A stretch of 64,000 nt of DNA. Origin: Eledone cirrhosa (lineage: Eukaryota). The notes beneath the pieces are model-generated. The model was not told where the DNA came from. It saw nothing but the letters and a program-made list of their open reading frames with translations, and made no database searches. Position numbers and translations under genes: made by a program. The DNA lies in contig OZ024745.1 of the NCBI GenBank assembly GCA_964016885.1, positions 14,632,001-14,696,000 of the forward strand. Direction: 5' to 3'. Shown here piece by piece: positions 1-13,578 of this stretch (position 1 is the first letter of the stretch; the number at the start of each line of letters is the position of its first letter).

Positions 1-210
1 AATTTTGTGGCAAAAAAATTTCAATCGTCTAACAGAAATGTTAAACGCAGCGAACGAAAATAGTGGTGGGGGGACAGCGGTAAGAGTTGTAAGCTCGCAC
101 GCTTTAGTCCCCCTTCCTTCCCAACTAACGTCATAGAGAAGGAAGGAAAAATTAAAATAAAAACAAACGAATCTGCGGAGAAAAAAAATGACGAAAACAC
201 AAATCTGGAC

Positions 211-1920
211 ATGGATTCCAACAACGAAAAACAGAAATTTGAAAAATTGCATGACAATACTAATAACACAAACAAAGACACAACAAACACAAAAATAACA
301 TTTGAAAATAACACCATAACAGAAAGCAAAGCAGACGACAAGATTTCATTTGCACAGACAACAAAGAAATCTTTGACTTATATACCGGAAAATATTTCAG
401 ATGTGGCACGACGAATCACAGACGCCAAACAATACATAAGTGAAGGAGAGAATGGTATTTTATCGGTAAAAATGCCTCTAGAATTCACCAAAGACATTGA
501 AAGCCGAACGGTCAAGTTTCGCACCATCAACAACACTACAAAAAAACCTGAACAGCCGTCTCAAGCAGATATCAAAACAGTACTCACAGAAGTACTTAAT
601 GAAACCACTTTCATAAGAAAAGACAGACTGTATGGAAGCCTAGCAATTATCATGAAGAACGAATCGGCGGCAAAAAAAATGTGCTTTGTCACCGATTCGT
701 TCGAAAAATTTTACCTTTTATCCATCTTATATGGGTAAAAGAACTCAACGCATATGGCTGGATGCAATGATGCCAGATGTGGACTACTGCTGGCTTCATC
801 GATCCAGTGAATGACAACGTGATTTCCATTGGGAAAACCACAGGCAATGCGTTCAGTGGAACAGGTATAGAGCTGGTAGTGCAAATGAAGCCTGAACGCA
901 TCGCCCAAATACCCGACAGAATCCTATTAGAGGGCCACGGGTATATAAACATTAGCGTGGAGGGGAGAAGGCCGTCCTGCCATATCTGTGCAGGCAGAGG
1001 GCACCTGAAGGCCGCTTGTCCCCAACTCAACAAAAAAAAAACCCTGCTACCAACACCAGCTCCACCACCACCACCACAACAGATAAACAAACAACAAAAC
1101 TCAGTCCCACCCAGCCCGTCCCTCAGTAAAACTACACCACCACCACAACACAATCAGTCACAACACATTACCCCAAAACAAAATACAGGCCCACCCAACC
1201 CCTCACTCAATAAAACAACACAACCACCGCAGACACAACACACAACACAGTCTAACATAGTGACATCCATCTCCCCCACAAAGAAAACCAACACGGAAAC
1301 ATTACCAGCAAACATACCTCTTCCCTCCAACACTGAAGATAACCCAACGAATTCGGAGGAAGAAACGGAGTCCTTCAGACAGATTAAAAGGAAAAAAAGA
1401 AAACATGTGCAAAACACACAAGGCCAAACAACCCCCACCCAAATCTCAACACAATCCAACAAAACAGAAAACACCCCTCCAGCAACAAACAAAACCAAAC
1501 CTGCCCCTCCCCTCTTCGAAACACTCACACCATCCGAAAAAAAGACATTACACTATACTTACATCAACAGAAACAATAATAAATTAAATGAGCTCATATA
1601 CAATAATCCTTCGGTACAAACCGAAGGTGTAAACTTTGTTTCTTCAGAAAACTACCCACATTTAAAATTAATAAAGATCCCAATGAACCTCTACCAAAAA
1701 CTAAAAAAGGATTTTAAGGAGGACGTAGGACCACCCTCTGTCAAACCCATAAACCGCGTCCTACTAAAAAGCTTTCCCCCTTCCCCTCCCCAACACAACT
1801 CCAAACACCCCAACCCCACCACACACTGACGACCCCACACCACCACAAGACACCCCTTCACCCAACACCCCCGACCCCATGGAAGTCGTGCAACCCGAAC
1901 CCCGGGAAGCGGAAAGGTAG
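211..1920 (+). pseudogene. Tx1-like ORF1 (gag-like zinc knuckle), broken by frameshifts
   Basis: ORFs 211-738 and 777-1829 are bridged by a third-frame segment PSYMGKRTQRIWLDAMMPDVD (about 722-785). CHICAGRGHLKAAC is CX2CX4HX4C, followed by a Pro/Thr/Gln-rich tail. An alternative frame ends ...EPREAER* at 1920, just before ORF2. Confidence 0.75.
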
Positions 1921-1953
1921 GTCTCTACACTCTCCTTTGGTTCTGCCGCCCAC

Positions 1954-4900
1954 ATGGATGTGTTAAGAGTAGGATGTTTGAATGCACGTGGCCTGGGCTC
2001 AACTTGGAAGCAAGCAAAGCTTCTAAATGACCTCAGGTCATGTAGTATACATGTAATGGTTATCTGTGAGACTCGAATCAGCGTCGTGCGGCAGCTGGCC
2101 CCCACCTTCGATGACTTTGAGGTGCATGCATCTCTCTGTCAACCTGGAGGTGGGGGTGGGGTTGTCGTACTGCTGCAAAAACACCTGGGTCTTGCCGTAC
2201 AGGTTGTGCACTCGAACCCGGAGGGTCGTTTGTTGGTGCTAGACGTTGGCAGTAGTGAAAGTGCGGCCTTGAGACTGGTCGCCGTCTACTCCCCTTTCGG
2301 AGCTGCTACTCCCCTTTCGGAGCTGAACGGCCCGACTTCTTCCAGCGTTTGGAGACTTTTCTGGGAACGTCGCGTTCCCTGCTTCTAGCGGGGGATTGGA
2401 ATGACATCCTAGATGCACGTTGGGACTATGCAGGAGCATGTCCTAATAGAGGGGGGTGTAACATCCTCAAGGGGTTACTCGACCGTTTTAACTTGGTCGA
2501 TAGATATCGACTAGATTTTCCAACTGTGCCTACCTGGACTTGGAGAAACCACAGTGGTCAATCTATATCGTACTTAGATAGATTCTTAGTTAGAAGTAAG
2601 GATAGGGACATATTAAGCTGTCCAGAAATGCGCACGGTTGGCTACACGGATCACAAATTAGTGACCTGCGTAGTCAATCTCGAGAAAACACATAAACAGG
2701 GTCCCGGTTACTGGAAACTTAATTTGTCTTTACCGGCAAAAGAGACTTACAGAAACTGGATTAGCAGATTAGTTAAGGAGAGGTTGACGGGTGCAATCGT
2801 CAACAACCGATGGTGGGCATCTCTCAAAAGAGAGATTAGAACAGAATCAATAAGTTATAGCAAGATGTTAGCTGCCGATAGGAATAGAAACGAGAAAGAA
2901 TTAACAGGTAAATTAGAAGAGGCAATCAAGAGCGAAGATGTGGCCAGAGTGCTGGCATCGAGGACGGCCTTGAACCAGTTTTTCGATGCAAAGCACGAAG
3001 GCTGCGTCATTCGAAGTAAAATACGTGCTCTAGGTAATGAGGGGGCCAAAGCCGTTGGCTGGGCCCGCGTGACAGAAGCTAAGAGTGGAAATCGATCCAC
3101 CATCCGGTCGTTGCAAGACGAAGATGGACGTGTGATCCGGGAGCCTAAGCAGATGTGCGAGGCCTTTCAAAGGCACTTTGCCCGATTGTTCGGGGGAGGC
3201 GAGGGTCCGGGCGGGGGCGTGGATTTCGGTCCATACCTCCACGGCCTGCCGCGTCTCGCGAGCGAAGAGGCAGAGTCCTGCGAGGGACCAATCTCGGCTG
3301 ATGAGATCGGAGATGCGCTGAGCCAATGCAGCAGACGCAAATCTCCAGGTCTCGATGGTATACCTTACGAACTTTATTTAGCAATGCCGGTCTTCTTCTC
3401 CGAACTCATCGAAGCGGTCTACTGCAATTGGCAGCAGAACGGGATAATTCCTTGTTCTGTAGCCAAGGGCGTAGTCACGCTGGTGAGGAAGGACGAGAAC
3501 AAGGGAGATAGTATAAATAATTTTCGGCCCATAACCCTGCTAAACACAGAGTTAAAGATTTTGGCCAAGGTGTTAGCAAAGAGGTTGGCGCTTGTCGTGG
3601 GTGGCCTGGTGGGAGATGCGCAGACATGTGCTATCCCATCCAGGTCCATTGTCGATAACCTCCACCTCATGCGATACATCATAGAGAGGGTTGGCAACAA
3701 ACCCGGCTTCGGTGGGGCCCTGATCAACTTGGATCACTCTAAGGCCTTCGATTGGGTCGACCATGGTTACCTGGATGCGGTGCTAGCGGCGGCTGGGTTC
3801 GGTCCTGTTTTCAGAGGCTGGATCACTGCCTTACATAGCAACCACATCTGTTCTAGGATCAAGGTGAACGGCTACCTTTCGAAGCCGTTCGAAATCACAC
3901 GATCCATTCGACAGGGGTGCCCTCTCTCCTCCCTTCTGTACGTATTGACTCTCGAGCCTTTACTGAGGAAGTTGGAGTTGTTGCAGGGTATCCCCCTGGA
4001 ACCAGGATTGAGCAAAGCGGTGTCGGCCTACGCCGATGACGTAACAGTAATGGTATCGACCGACTCGGAGATCGAGGCGATCGGTACCTTACTGGAGGAG
4101 TACGAAAGGTTGTCAGGAGCGAAACTGAACCGGGAAAAATCCATCGGGCTGCAACTCGGAACGTGGAGAGGCAGACCGATGCCTCCTGACGGTGTCGTCG
4201 GACACTGGACGGAGGGCCCGGTAAAGTTGCTTGGGGTCTGGTTTGGACCGGACCTCCAGGTGGAAAAGAACTGGAACGAGGTTACGAACAAGGTGTTTGC
4301 ACTAACCCAGAAATGGGCCAAGTGTAAGCTGTCCCTAAAAGGCCGGGCGGAGGTGGCGAACATTTACATAGCGTCCGTCACTTACTACCGCCTGACTGTC
4401 GTGCCTTGCCCTAAGGAAACACTCACCACCATGGAACGCATGCTCTTCCAATTTCTTTGGAAGAAGCGCCCTCCTATGGTGAGAAGATCCATCTGCTGCC
4501 AACAATCTTCGAAAGGAGGGCTGGGGATGCCGTGGTTGATGATGCGTAGGCACGCATTAAGGCTACGGCACCTACAGGTATTCTTCACTGGTCAACCGGT
4601 GTGGGCTCCGTTCGTGAAACGAGCCTTTCCGAGACTCGTCTCGCTCACCGAGCTACAGTCCTGGGTCAAGCAAAGATCCGGAAAACTGGGAGACTGGCAC
4701 ACTGAGTGTGCTCAGGTGCTCAGGGCTCTCTGGCAAGCGGGCCAGGCCATCGGTGGAGAATCCACCTCATCATTCTATAGAGGGCTGGTGGCTAGCAGGG
4801 GCGATGACACCCTTGGAGACTCGCTGGACATGGAAGAAGACGAACTGGCCAGCCTGTTCGGTAGGACTTTCGGCCCAGGACCAATGGACAACTTCCAGAA

Positions 4901-5411
4901 GTCACTGGCCTGGCAGTGCTACCGGGGGGCTCTACCCGTTCGAGAGAGGCTCTACAGACACGGGCGCCCGGGCAGGGATCCCTCAAAAAAGATTTGCCCT
5001 AGATGCGTGCGTCACGAAGAAACCGTTGCGCACGCATTGGTGCAATGTCCGGGCGTGGCTGATCTGTGGGGCTACGCCGAACGACTGCTGTTGCGGGTGG
5101 CGCCGATTCAATTGACCGCCGAGTCCGTGATGACAATCAAACCGCCTCCCCTCTTCACAAAGGCAGCAAAGGCGGGTTTTCTGTGCGTAATAGCCATGTT
5201 GAAAGAGGTTGTTTGGTGGACACGATTGAAAGGTCTGAGGTCAGGCAACTTCCTCTCTGGCCATAGTCTGGTCTACTTCTTCCGATATCACTTCGGAAGA
5301 AGGATAAGAATGGAGAGAGAGGTGCTTGGCCACAGGCAGTTTTATGAAAGGTGGGTGATAGTGGCGAGAATGGCTCGTGTAAATGGGCCTTCTCTGTATA
5401 CCATCCTGTAG
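1954..5411 (+). CDS. Tx1-like ORF2: APE endonuclease, reverse transcriptase and C-terminal Zn finger; one frameshift at about 2286-2325
   Basis: APE motifs LNARGL, ICET, AVYSP, LAGDWN, SYLDRF, TDHK. RT motifs KSPGLDG, FRPITLLN, KAFDWVDH, RQGCPLS, AYADD. C-terminal CPRC..ETVAHALVQC. Confidence 0.93.
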
Positions 5412-6202
5412 TTAAAGAAGTAAAGGAGAGGGGAGCACCTTCTCCATGTGCTCCCCGGGCAAAGGATTGCACACTTTTTCGGGTGTGTGTGCAACCCCCA
5501 TCACGTCCCCTCCCTTTTGAGGTTATTTTCGATTATTTTCATGTTACACCCTTTTTACTCGATTATATGTAAACTCCCCCTTTGTATTTGTCCCTTCTTT
5601 TTATGCCTTTATGGTAAATAAAGAAATATATCTATCTATCTATCTGTCAGTATTTTGAAAGGCAAGTATAACGAATGGGACGAGACGTACATTTTTATTT
5701 TGTTCCGTGAAAAAATATATAAACATTCTCCAGAACGCACGGTGTAATTTAAAATGAACAACAGAATTACTCAAAACTTTATTCAATCAAACGATGTATA
5801 GAACCCAATTGAAAGGTCTTCATATCTTAAGGTTCAGAGCATTACATCGGACAATAACAAAGTAAAACATTTAAATTCTTAGTAAGAGTATCTAAACATG
5901 TTATTCTCTTTATTTCAACATACAATGTTAAATATATTATTTCCTTCTATTATTTGGAGAATAATTTGATTTTAAAGAAATTATTTTCAAATATGAAACA
6001 GTCCGTTCTAAAGCCAAAATATATTTGACAATAATTAGATTACATAACAATGAGACATTTATTTTCATTTGTTTCCCCGAGTAAAACATTTCTAGAATAT
6101 AGATTTATTGTTCTTATAGCAATTTATTTATACACCTTCGTTTATTTATATATACATCTTTCATATACTTATTTTTATGGACTTTGTAAGAGTATATGTA
6201 AA

Positions 6203-6270
6203 ACAGAGTGAGTGATGAATATATATATATATTATATGTATACATACACATATAAATATATATTATATGT

Positions 6271-6332
<62 letters not shown>

Positions 6333-6397
6333 ACATATAATATATATTTATATGTGTATGTATACATATAATATATATATATATTCATCACTCACTC

Positions 6398-6400
<3 letters not shown>
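6203..6400. repeat. About 200-bp palindrome centred on an (AT)n tract
   Basis: acagagtgagtgatgaatat... at 6203 is mirrored by ...atattcatcactcactctgt ending at 6400. Confidence 0.8.
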
Positions 6401-6445
<45 letters not shown>

Positions 6446-6457
6446 CATGAATACATA

Positions 6458-6564
<107 letters not shown>

Positions 6565-7119
6565 ATTAGCACCGACGTTAGAATTCACGATCTTTGGCTT
6601 CCGTGGTAGGTGTATTTTTAATCGTTTTTATTCGTTCAGGTTATAACATTTATAAAAGATAAGTGAATATATAGATGATAACAATCCTTTTTTTGTTATC
6701 AGATCCACACAGGAGAGTCAATAGTTTCGTTTTTCTTTTTATCACATACACAATAGAGTCTTTGAAGCTCTTAGCTTTTGACCAAGCAGGGATTATTGTC
6801 ACCTAAAATAAACGTTTGTCTATTGTCCTGAACTTTTAATTCAAGTAATGCAATACTTAACCATAACTCTCTGCTATGTTCAGCTCCTAAACACGATTAA
6901 CACTTCCAGTTACAAATAAATGTATCTTATTTGGTTTAAGGATACACACATAACATTATTATTCTTCACAAAATACTTCAGCAATGTTGATACAGTCATT
7001 GCCCCCATCTCTCTCGATTCTCCCCATCTTGCAGTATTATAAGCAAATGGGGGCCCACGTGCTGACCGCTTCACGGTCCCAAAGGTATATATGAGCCCAA
7101 TTAAAGCCTCGTAGTCAGT

Positions 7120-7350
7120 TAGTAGATTTTTCGCTTACGATCTTAGAGTCAACAGTTTGAGTCCCGACGGCGTGTTGTGTTCTTGGGCAAGAGATTTTAT
7201 TTCTCGTTATTCCACTCAACCCAACTGGAAAAAAGGAGTTGTACCTGCCTTGTCACACTATGTAGCACTGAAATATCCTGAGAACTATACTAAGGGTACA
7301 AATGTTAGAAGCAGGTTGTTCCTACACGCATCGTCATAGCAAAGGAACTT
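7120..7350 (+). mobile_element. Degenerate tRNA-derived SINE (CORE-like family)
   Basis: gtttgagtccc box B followed by gtgttgtgttcttgggcaaga..ttttatttc, similar to the copies at 29.35, 43.83 and 55.96 kb. Confidence 0.55.
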
Positions 7351-7901
7351 CAACAATAACAACATATAGATCCATATAGAATATGTTTACTTATAATAAA
7401 AATACATATTGGTCTCGCTGTGAGTATTTAAAACTTTAGTTAGATCATAGCTGCTTCATTTACTCTAGTAAGAAAGTAGTATACATGTATTTCAAGATGC
7501 ATATGATAATGGATTCGTCCTGCTTTGTTATAAAAGAACTCGCCTGGTTTGCTCACCTCTTTCCTAAAATTCTGACATTAAGTAGCAGAGCTATGTTTGA
7601 TAGAAGTTGTCAATTATATTTTAGGAATACATTAAACAATAAAAATGACAGCATGGCAATACAAGTAGACAAAATAAGGAGGCACTGAGAGAGACATTCC
7701 ATATAACATTTAATTCCAGATGACACTGAAAGTTTGGAAAAATTTAATCACACAAAAGAAAAGGTAAGATCGGAAAAAAGAAACTTTGTCTCCTTTCCTA
7801 TTTCTATTGCTGGTACCATCTACCCGTCGAAAGCACTGACAGAAGCATCTCCATCGTCTAGTGACGGCAGGTGGAATTTGCACTAATGACGCATGGAGCC
7901 G

Positions 7902-7936
<35 letters not shown>

Positions 7937-7938
<2 letters not shown>

Positions 7939-8128
7939 AAAAAGTATGACCCCGTCGGCAGAGCTCAAGCCGTTTCGACGGCTATTTCAGTTCAGAAATA
8001 GCCGTCGAAATGGATTGAGCTCTGTCGTCGGGTCATAATTTTACCTATTTCCCACTCTATTACCCTAAGTATTGAGTACTCTGGTGCGTTATGGTCTATC
8101 TGGTTCCTTACCACAATTCCTTTGTTAT
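7937..8128 (+). mobile_element. PLE pseudo-LTR family B fragment with an inverted 5' copy, inserted in (TA)n
   Basis: 7937-7992 is the inverted copy of about 7994-8050. It carries a hammerhead 3' half (GAAA-stem-GTC). The same tail occurs at 16511, 45070, 60975 and 62957. Confidence 0.65.
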
Positions 8129-8407
8129 ATATATATATAGTGAAAGTATAGTGAAAGAGTGAAGAATAACATGGTCGGCTGTACAAAAAGGGGTTTATTT
8201 ACAGTATTAACAATTGTTTCTTTGATCAGGTGAGTCTATATATAATCAATTTTTAGAACCATTGAGTGGGTATGTTTGTATATATGTATGTAATGTATAT
8301 ATGTATGTAATACATCTGGAAAACTTTCAATTTGGTGAGTTTTGTCTGGTAAGAATGGACCCAGAATGTTTGGTGCGTTATAGTCAGTTTCCACCTCTGA
8401 TCTATAG

Positions 8408-8663
8408 CTACACACACACACGCAAACACACGCGCACGCACACACACGCACAAACACACAAACACTCACAAACACACGTACACACACACGCAAACGCAAA
8501 CACACACACACACACACGCACGCACACAAACACACGTACACACACGCAAACACACTCACACATAAACACACGTACACACACACGCAAACACAAACCCCCA
8601 CACACACAAACACACGCACACGCAAACACAAACACACACACACACACATACACACACACACAC

Positions 8664-8741
<78 letters not shown>

Positions 8742-8746
8742 ACACA
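8408..8746. repeat. Compound (CA)n/(CACG) microsatellite
   Basis: Direct reading. Confidence 0.95.
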
Positions 8747-9197
8747 GTCAGCTTCTAGGTCTGACCTATAGCTAAAGCCTGTTCAAAGTCAGAAATGGTG
8801 ACGGACATCTTTTTAATTTGCGATTCAAAATGAGAAACCATTTATACCATCAATATAACATATTTCTTTTGTATCATTTGCAGGATATATCTCGCTCTTC
8901 CTACTCTTTTCAATTATAGATTACGACTGTTTTTTTTGTTTTTTTTTAAGTATTTAACTGAATTTAGTTTATTCTAAATATTATAACAAAAAGAAAGAGA
9001 GAAAAAGGAGTCCGGGAGAAAAAATGGGAAGGGTGCAATTCTATAACATGTCTGTATGGTGTGTTTCAGCTACGTTCTGCTGACAAAATTCTGAAAGCAC
9101 TAATAAGGAGTACAATCAGTGATACCCGCTGCATCATCTATTCGACATCACAGAGTTATTTCTACCCATTACCTACCCGTCAATCTACATCACTTTC

Positions 9198-9273
<76 letters not shown>

Positions 9274-9642
9274 GAACAACTCATTCCCTTCTTTAGGTAC
9301 CACTTTAGAAGGAGAGCCAGAGTGGAGAGAGAGGTACTGCACCCCAGTAAATTTACTGAAGGTGGGTGCATGTGGCGAGAATGGCCCGAGTGATTTGGGC
9401 TTTCTGTGTATATAATCCTGTAGGTTGAGGAAGAGGGTGAAAGGAAGAAAGGAGCACTTGCACAAAATTCTCCTGGGGTTGAGGGTTGTTCTATCTACGG
9501 GATATAAAACAACCCATTTGTAACGCCTCTCCTCTATTGGAGATTTCGTTTGTTATATTTTCATGTTAAAACTTTTTTTACACGACTGTATGTAAAATCC
9601 CCTTTTCTTGTGCGCCCTTGTGGCAAATAAAGAAATATATCT
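9274..9642 (+). mobile_element. 5'-truncated relative of the Tx1-like element (ORF2 C-terminus + 3' UTR)
   Basis: FFRYHFRRRARVEREVL matches FFRYHFGRRIRMEREVL of ORF2. It has the same end, aaataaagaaatatatct, and is preceded by (TATC)n at about 9199-9273. Confidence 0.88.
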
Positions 9643-9645
9643 GTA

Positions 9646-10278
9646 ATAATTGTTTCTACTTTAGGTTCAAGGACAGCAATTTGAAGGGGTGGGGAAAGTT
9701 GATTAAATCAACCCCAGTACTGACTGTGCTTTATTTTACCGACCCCGTAAGGATGAAAGGCAAAGTTAACCTCGGCGGGATTTGAACTCAGAATGTAAAG
9801 GGTCGTAACTCTTTGCCACGAAGCATGGTGTGCGACGCTCTACCAATACTGCCAATCAACAATATATATATATATATATATAATGCTTATTTCTACTTTT
9901 GGCACAAGGCCAGCAATTATCCCAGTGCATTACTGGTGCCTTATGTTATCGACCCCGTAAGGAGGAAAGGCAAATTTAACCTCGGTGGAATTTGAACTAA
10001 GATAATAAAGGACCGTAACTCTATGTTGCAAAGCATGGCGTCCGGCCCTCTACCGATACTGCCAATCTGTATAATACATAATAATATATAATAATTGTTT
10101 CTACTTTTGGCACAAGGCCAGCAAATACCCAGTGCATTACTGGTACTTTATTTTATCGACCCAGTAAGGATGAAAGGCAAAGTTAACCTCGGCGGGATTT
10201 GAACTCAGAATGGCAAAGGCCGTAACTCTATGCGTCAAAGCATGGCATCCGATCCTCTACCGATACTGCCAATCCGCC
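9646..10278 (-). mobile_element. Three head-to-tail copies of a tRNA-derived SINE (Meta-domain-like core)
   Basis: Copies at 9646-9857, 9881-10067 and 10091-10278. On the minus strand: box A tggcagtatcgg, box B gagttcaaatcc, core gcctttcatccttacggggtcgataaaataaagtaccag, tail gtagaaacaattat. Confidence 0.88.
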
Positions 10279-10814
10279 ATAATAATGGTTATAAATCGAA
10301 GTTGTAGCCGTAGTATAGAAGATACCAATCGAAATATATTTATGTATCTATTTATCACTCTCTCTCTGTTGTGTGTGTGTGTAGTACACACACCCATGTA
10401 TGTGTAATTAAATACGATGTTTAGAACAATAAATTTGCTTGTTAAACTATACATTTCAGGCAGTGGGCATTACATTGTCTTTGAACTAACATTTATATTT
10501 ATTATACTTTAAGTCTATTCAAAACATATTTATATCTATAAAGATTGAATATAAAGTTAGACACTAATGTAAAATTGATAAAATTAAGTAACGTTATTTT
10601 TCAATAAAAGAATTGCCACAGTGACAATAAATTTGATTATGTGATATATTTTACATTCAATGATATTTTTTGTAACTATAATCATACTTTATTGCTGTAT
10701 CTCTGTCCAGTCAACATAAATAGAATTTGTTTTGAAATTCTCATTATAGTTTACATTTAAAGGATTTTGCAGACGATTTGTGTCTCGTTCTGAGCCGGTG
10801 AAAATCTTTAAGCT

Positions 10815-10986
10815 GTGTAAAAGATGGTTGGATAACGTTCATGAGCTTGGCTGGTCTTGCTTGGGGATGAAGCCGAATTAGTTGGAGACGGTTGCTTCTG
10901 GACATGATCCGCTAGAAGGAGTGTTGTTTGTGGATTCTGCCTCCACGACCCTCAGGAATAACTGGGCAAAGAAGAAGAAGAAGAAG
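10815..10986 (+). mobile_element. RTE-like LINE 3' end with (GAA)n tail
   Basis: An RWLDN...LGWS.L...LETVAS-like remnant, homologous to 48330-48553. Confidence 0.65.
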
Positions 10987-11189
10987 TGTAAGGAAATCAG
11001 TAATAACTTTATGATTATTTTACGTTTGATGGTTTCAAGTTGAAACCGTTTGTATTATCATATCATGTAGCAAAAGTCGATCATGAGTTGCTTTTGAAAA
11101 CATGTACAGGCAGGAGGAAAGGTAACAAGTTACTAAATAATGTAAAACTAACTCTAATATCTATTTATCTATCTACATACCTTCATCTC

Positions 11190-11261
<72 letters not shown>

Positions 11262-11296
11262 CAGAGAGAGATGAAGATATCAAGATAGATATTACT

Positions 11297-11345
11297 GTTT
11301 CAGAAGATCCCGTGAAGGGTGAAAGCAGCGATTCTTTGCTTAAAC
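11297..11345 (+). ncRNA. Type I hammerhead-like motif with variant core CAGAAGA (pLTR family A)
   Basis: gttt CAGAAGA tccc-gtgaa-gggt GAAA gca..tgc TT aaac. Confidence 0.6.
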
Positions 11346-13400
11346 TTTAATCTGTTCTTATAATAAATATTTGCTCTACTGGTTTTTATATTTATATATA
11401 AATGTGCATTTTATATTCATGATAGCTTTCTAATTAACAATACTTTTACAACAGCACACACCTTTAGAGTTTTGGAAGAGATTACATGGAAATTCATAGT
11501 GAGCAGCGAACCTACACAGTTATCGTGGTTTAGCTAAATATCCTCATCATCATCATCATATTTGCATATATTGGCTTAGGGCGTGAAATATTCGTGAGTG
11601 TTGAATTGCAAATATTTTGTAGTTTACATCTTTCTGGAAAACATGAAATAAATCGATTATAAATAGCCTCGTGTTAGCTCATGGTAATATTAACGAGCAT
11701 AAATAGATTAAAATATCCTCGCATAATATGAGAAGTACTTCAAAATTTTATGAATGTAAATGTTTAGTTTTAGATGTTTGATGCTTTAAGACAAACCAAG
11801 ATCTCATGAGGTAAACATCGATATTTGCTTTGAATATTAACATAAATGCGATGTCATATTTCAACAAAGATCAGTTGAGCTCAGACCAACCGACTTGAAA
11901 ACAAATAAAGGCTACCCTTATTACTATGAATTAAAATGGCGTCCACTCTTGTGAGCGCATTATCATTAATTATAGCTAAAATGGAATTAAATAAAACAAA
12001 TATTTCCCATTCATTGGAAGCCTGGCTTTCCTACAACTGTTCCACCCACAAGTAAATACACTACCACATCACAATTAACATAGTATGAAATAAATCTAAT
12101 TATCGATTTGAAGCGTTGAGTGACTATGAATTTCATAGAAGTGTAAAGTACTAAAGTTCAGAAATAACTGTAAAAGAATTGGTTGCTATAAATGAGAATC
12201 GAGCTCTTTCTATAGAAATGTATCTTTATTTAAATTTATTGTAGTTCATTTACTTAGTGTTGAAAGTATTATTGCTATATGAAGAAACTAATATACCAAA
12301 GAAAACACGAGTAGAGTAAATTCCTTCAGATATATGTGCCAAACATTCCTTTGCTTTCGTCCAAGAAAAAAAGAATCTCTGCTCATTTGAATAAAGCTTG
12401 TAACGATTTTCCTGGCTATGCATTCTATCAGAGTGGCTAAGCAATATTGACTTGTTATAATTAGAAAGTGGAAATGGAGTAATTATGCTGAAATATCGAT
12501 ACGCTAAATCTAGCCAAAAACCTTTATTTTTAGACTGTTGAGAATTTCGTTTCCGTGAAGGAAACATGATTTTCAAAATAAATTCAAGTCTTCGAAAATA
12601 ACTGCACACAGGCGAAATAGTTTTTATTTATTCTAAAATAAACATATTAAGCAATATAAAAAAAAAACATGTCTCACCAGCCTCCTAAATGAGGTTAAAG
12701 AAAGGAAGTATTTAAAGATGAGTAAAAATATTCAACTGCAACAAAGTAGTTATTTGTATGTATATATCGATCATGCGAATGGTACGTCGTGTATAAATAA
12801 AGTGATCAGCGCTATATTTCGTGCAGCTGTAGATCGGTGAAAATAGTAATTATAGTTCAGTGTCGATAATGATTAAAGGCATACTCTCAATTAGATGCTA
12901 ATTACAAAGAACTAGAAAAAATTCAAATGAAAAGTTAAGAACAATACTAGTAAGAGAAGTAGTATTTATAAATATACGAAAGTATTTATATGATTGGCAA
13001 TTGAGTGTTCATAATTAAATAGTAGAGACTGATTGCTAGGAGCAGCGTTATGTATGACACGGTGGAGTATTTTCAAAAATTTCTACTCCAACTACATAAA
13101 AGAAATCTGTATCTATTTCTCAGACAAATCATTTCTTACTGGCATCAATTTCCTAGCTGTTGAAGTTCAACATTATCATCATAATGACGTCATCTGTTTC
13201 TGGCTAAATAATGGTTTCCATCGTAGACAGAAAGCCAGCAAAAGAGGGGCAAGTCGAAGAATTCTACCACAGTATTAATATATAGTTCCCGTATCTAGTA
13301 CACCATCAGTTGTGCGGGTGCCATTCCAGATGTTTTCGCTGTCAGCAAATGTTAGAAGTTTCCAGCCTCCAGCTGTGAGTTATAGAAATTTACCACAAGA

Positions 13401-13578
13401 ATAATTGTTTCTACTTTTGGCACAAGGCCAGCAATCACCCAGTGCATTACTGGTACTTTATTTTAACGACCCCATAAGGATGAAAGGCAAAGTTAACCTC
13501 GGCGGGATTTGAACTCAAGGGCCGTAACTCTATGCGTCAAAGCATGGCGTCCAACCCTCTAGCGATACTGCCAATCCA
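13401..13578 (-). mobile_element. tRNA-derived SINE (Meta-like family)
   Basis: Near-identical to 10091-10278. Confidence 0.88.

Larger units (their letters stand above)
21..5645 (+). mobile_element. Near full-length Tx1-like (L1 group) non-LTR retrotransposon; 5' boundary uncertain
   Basis: ORF1 with a CCHC knuckle is followed by ORF2 (APE + RT + C-terminal Zn finger), a short 3' UTR, AATAAA at 5617-5622 and a (TATC)n tail. Confidence 0.92.
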
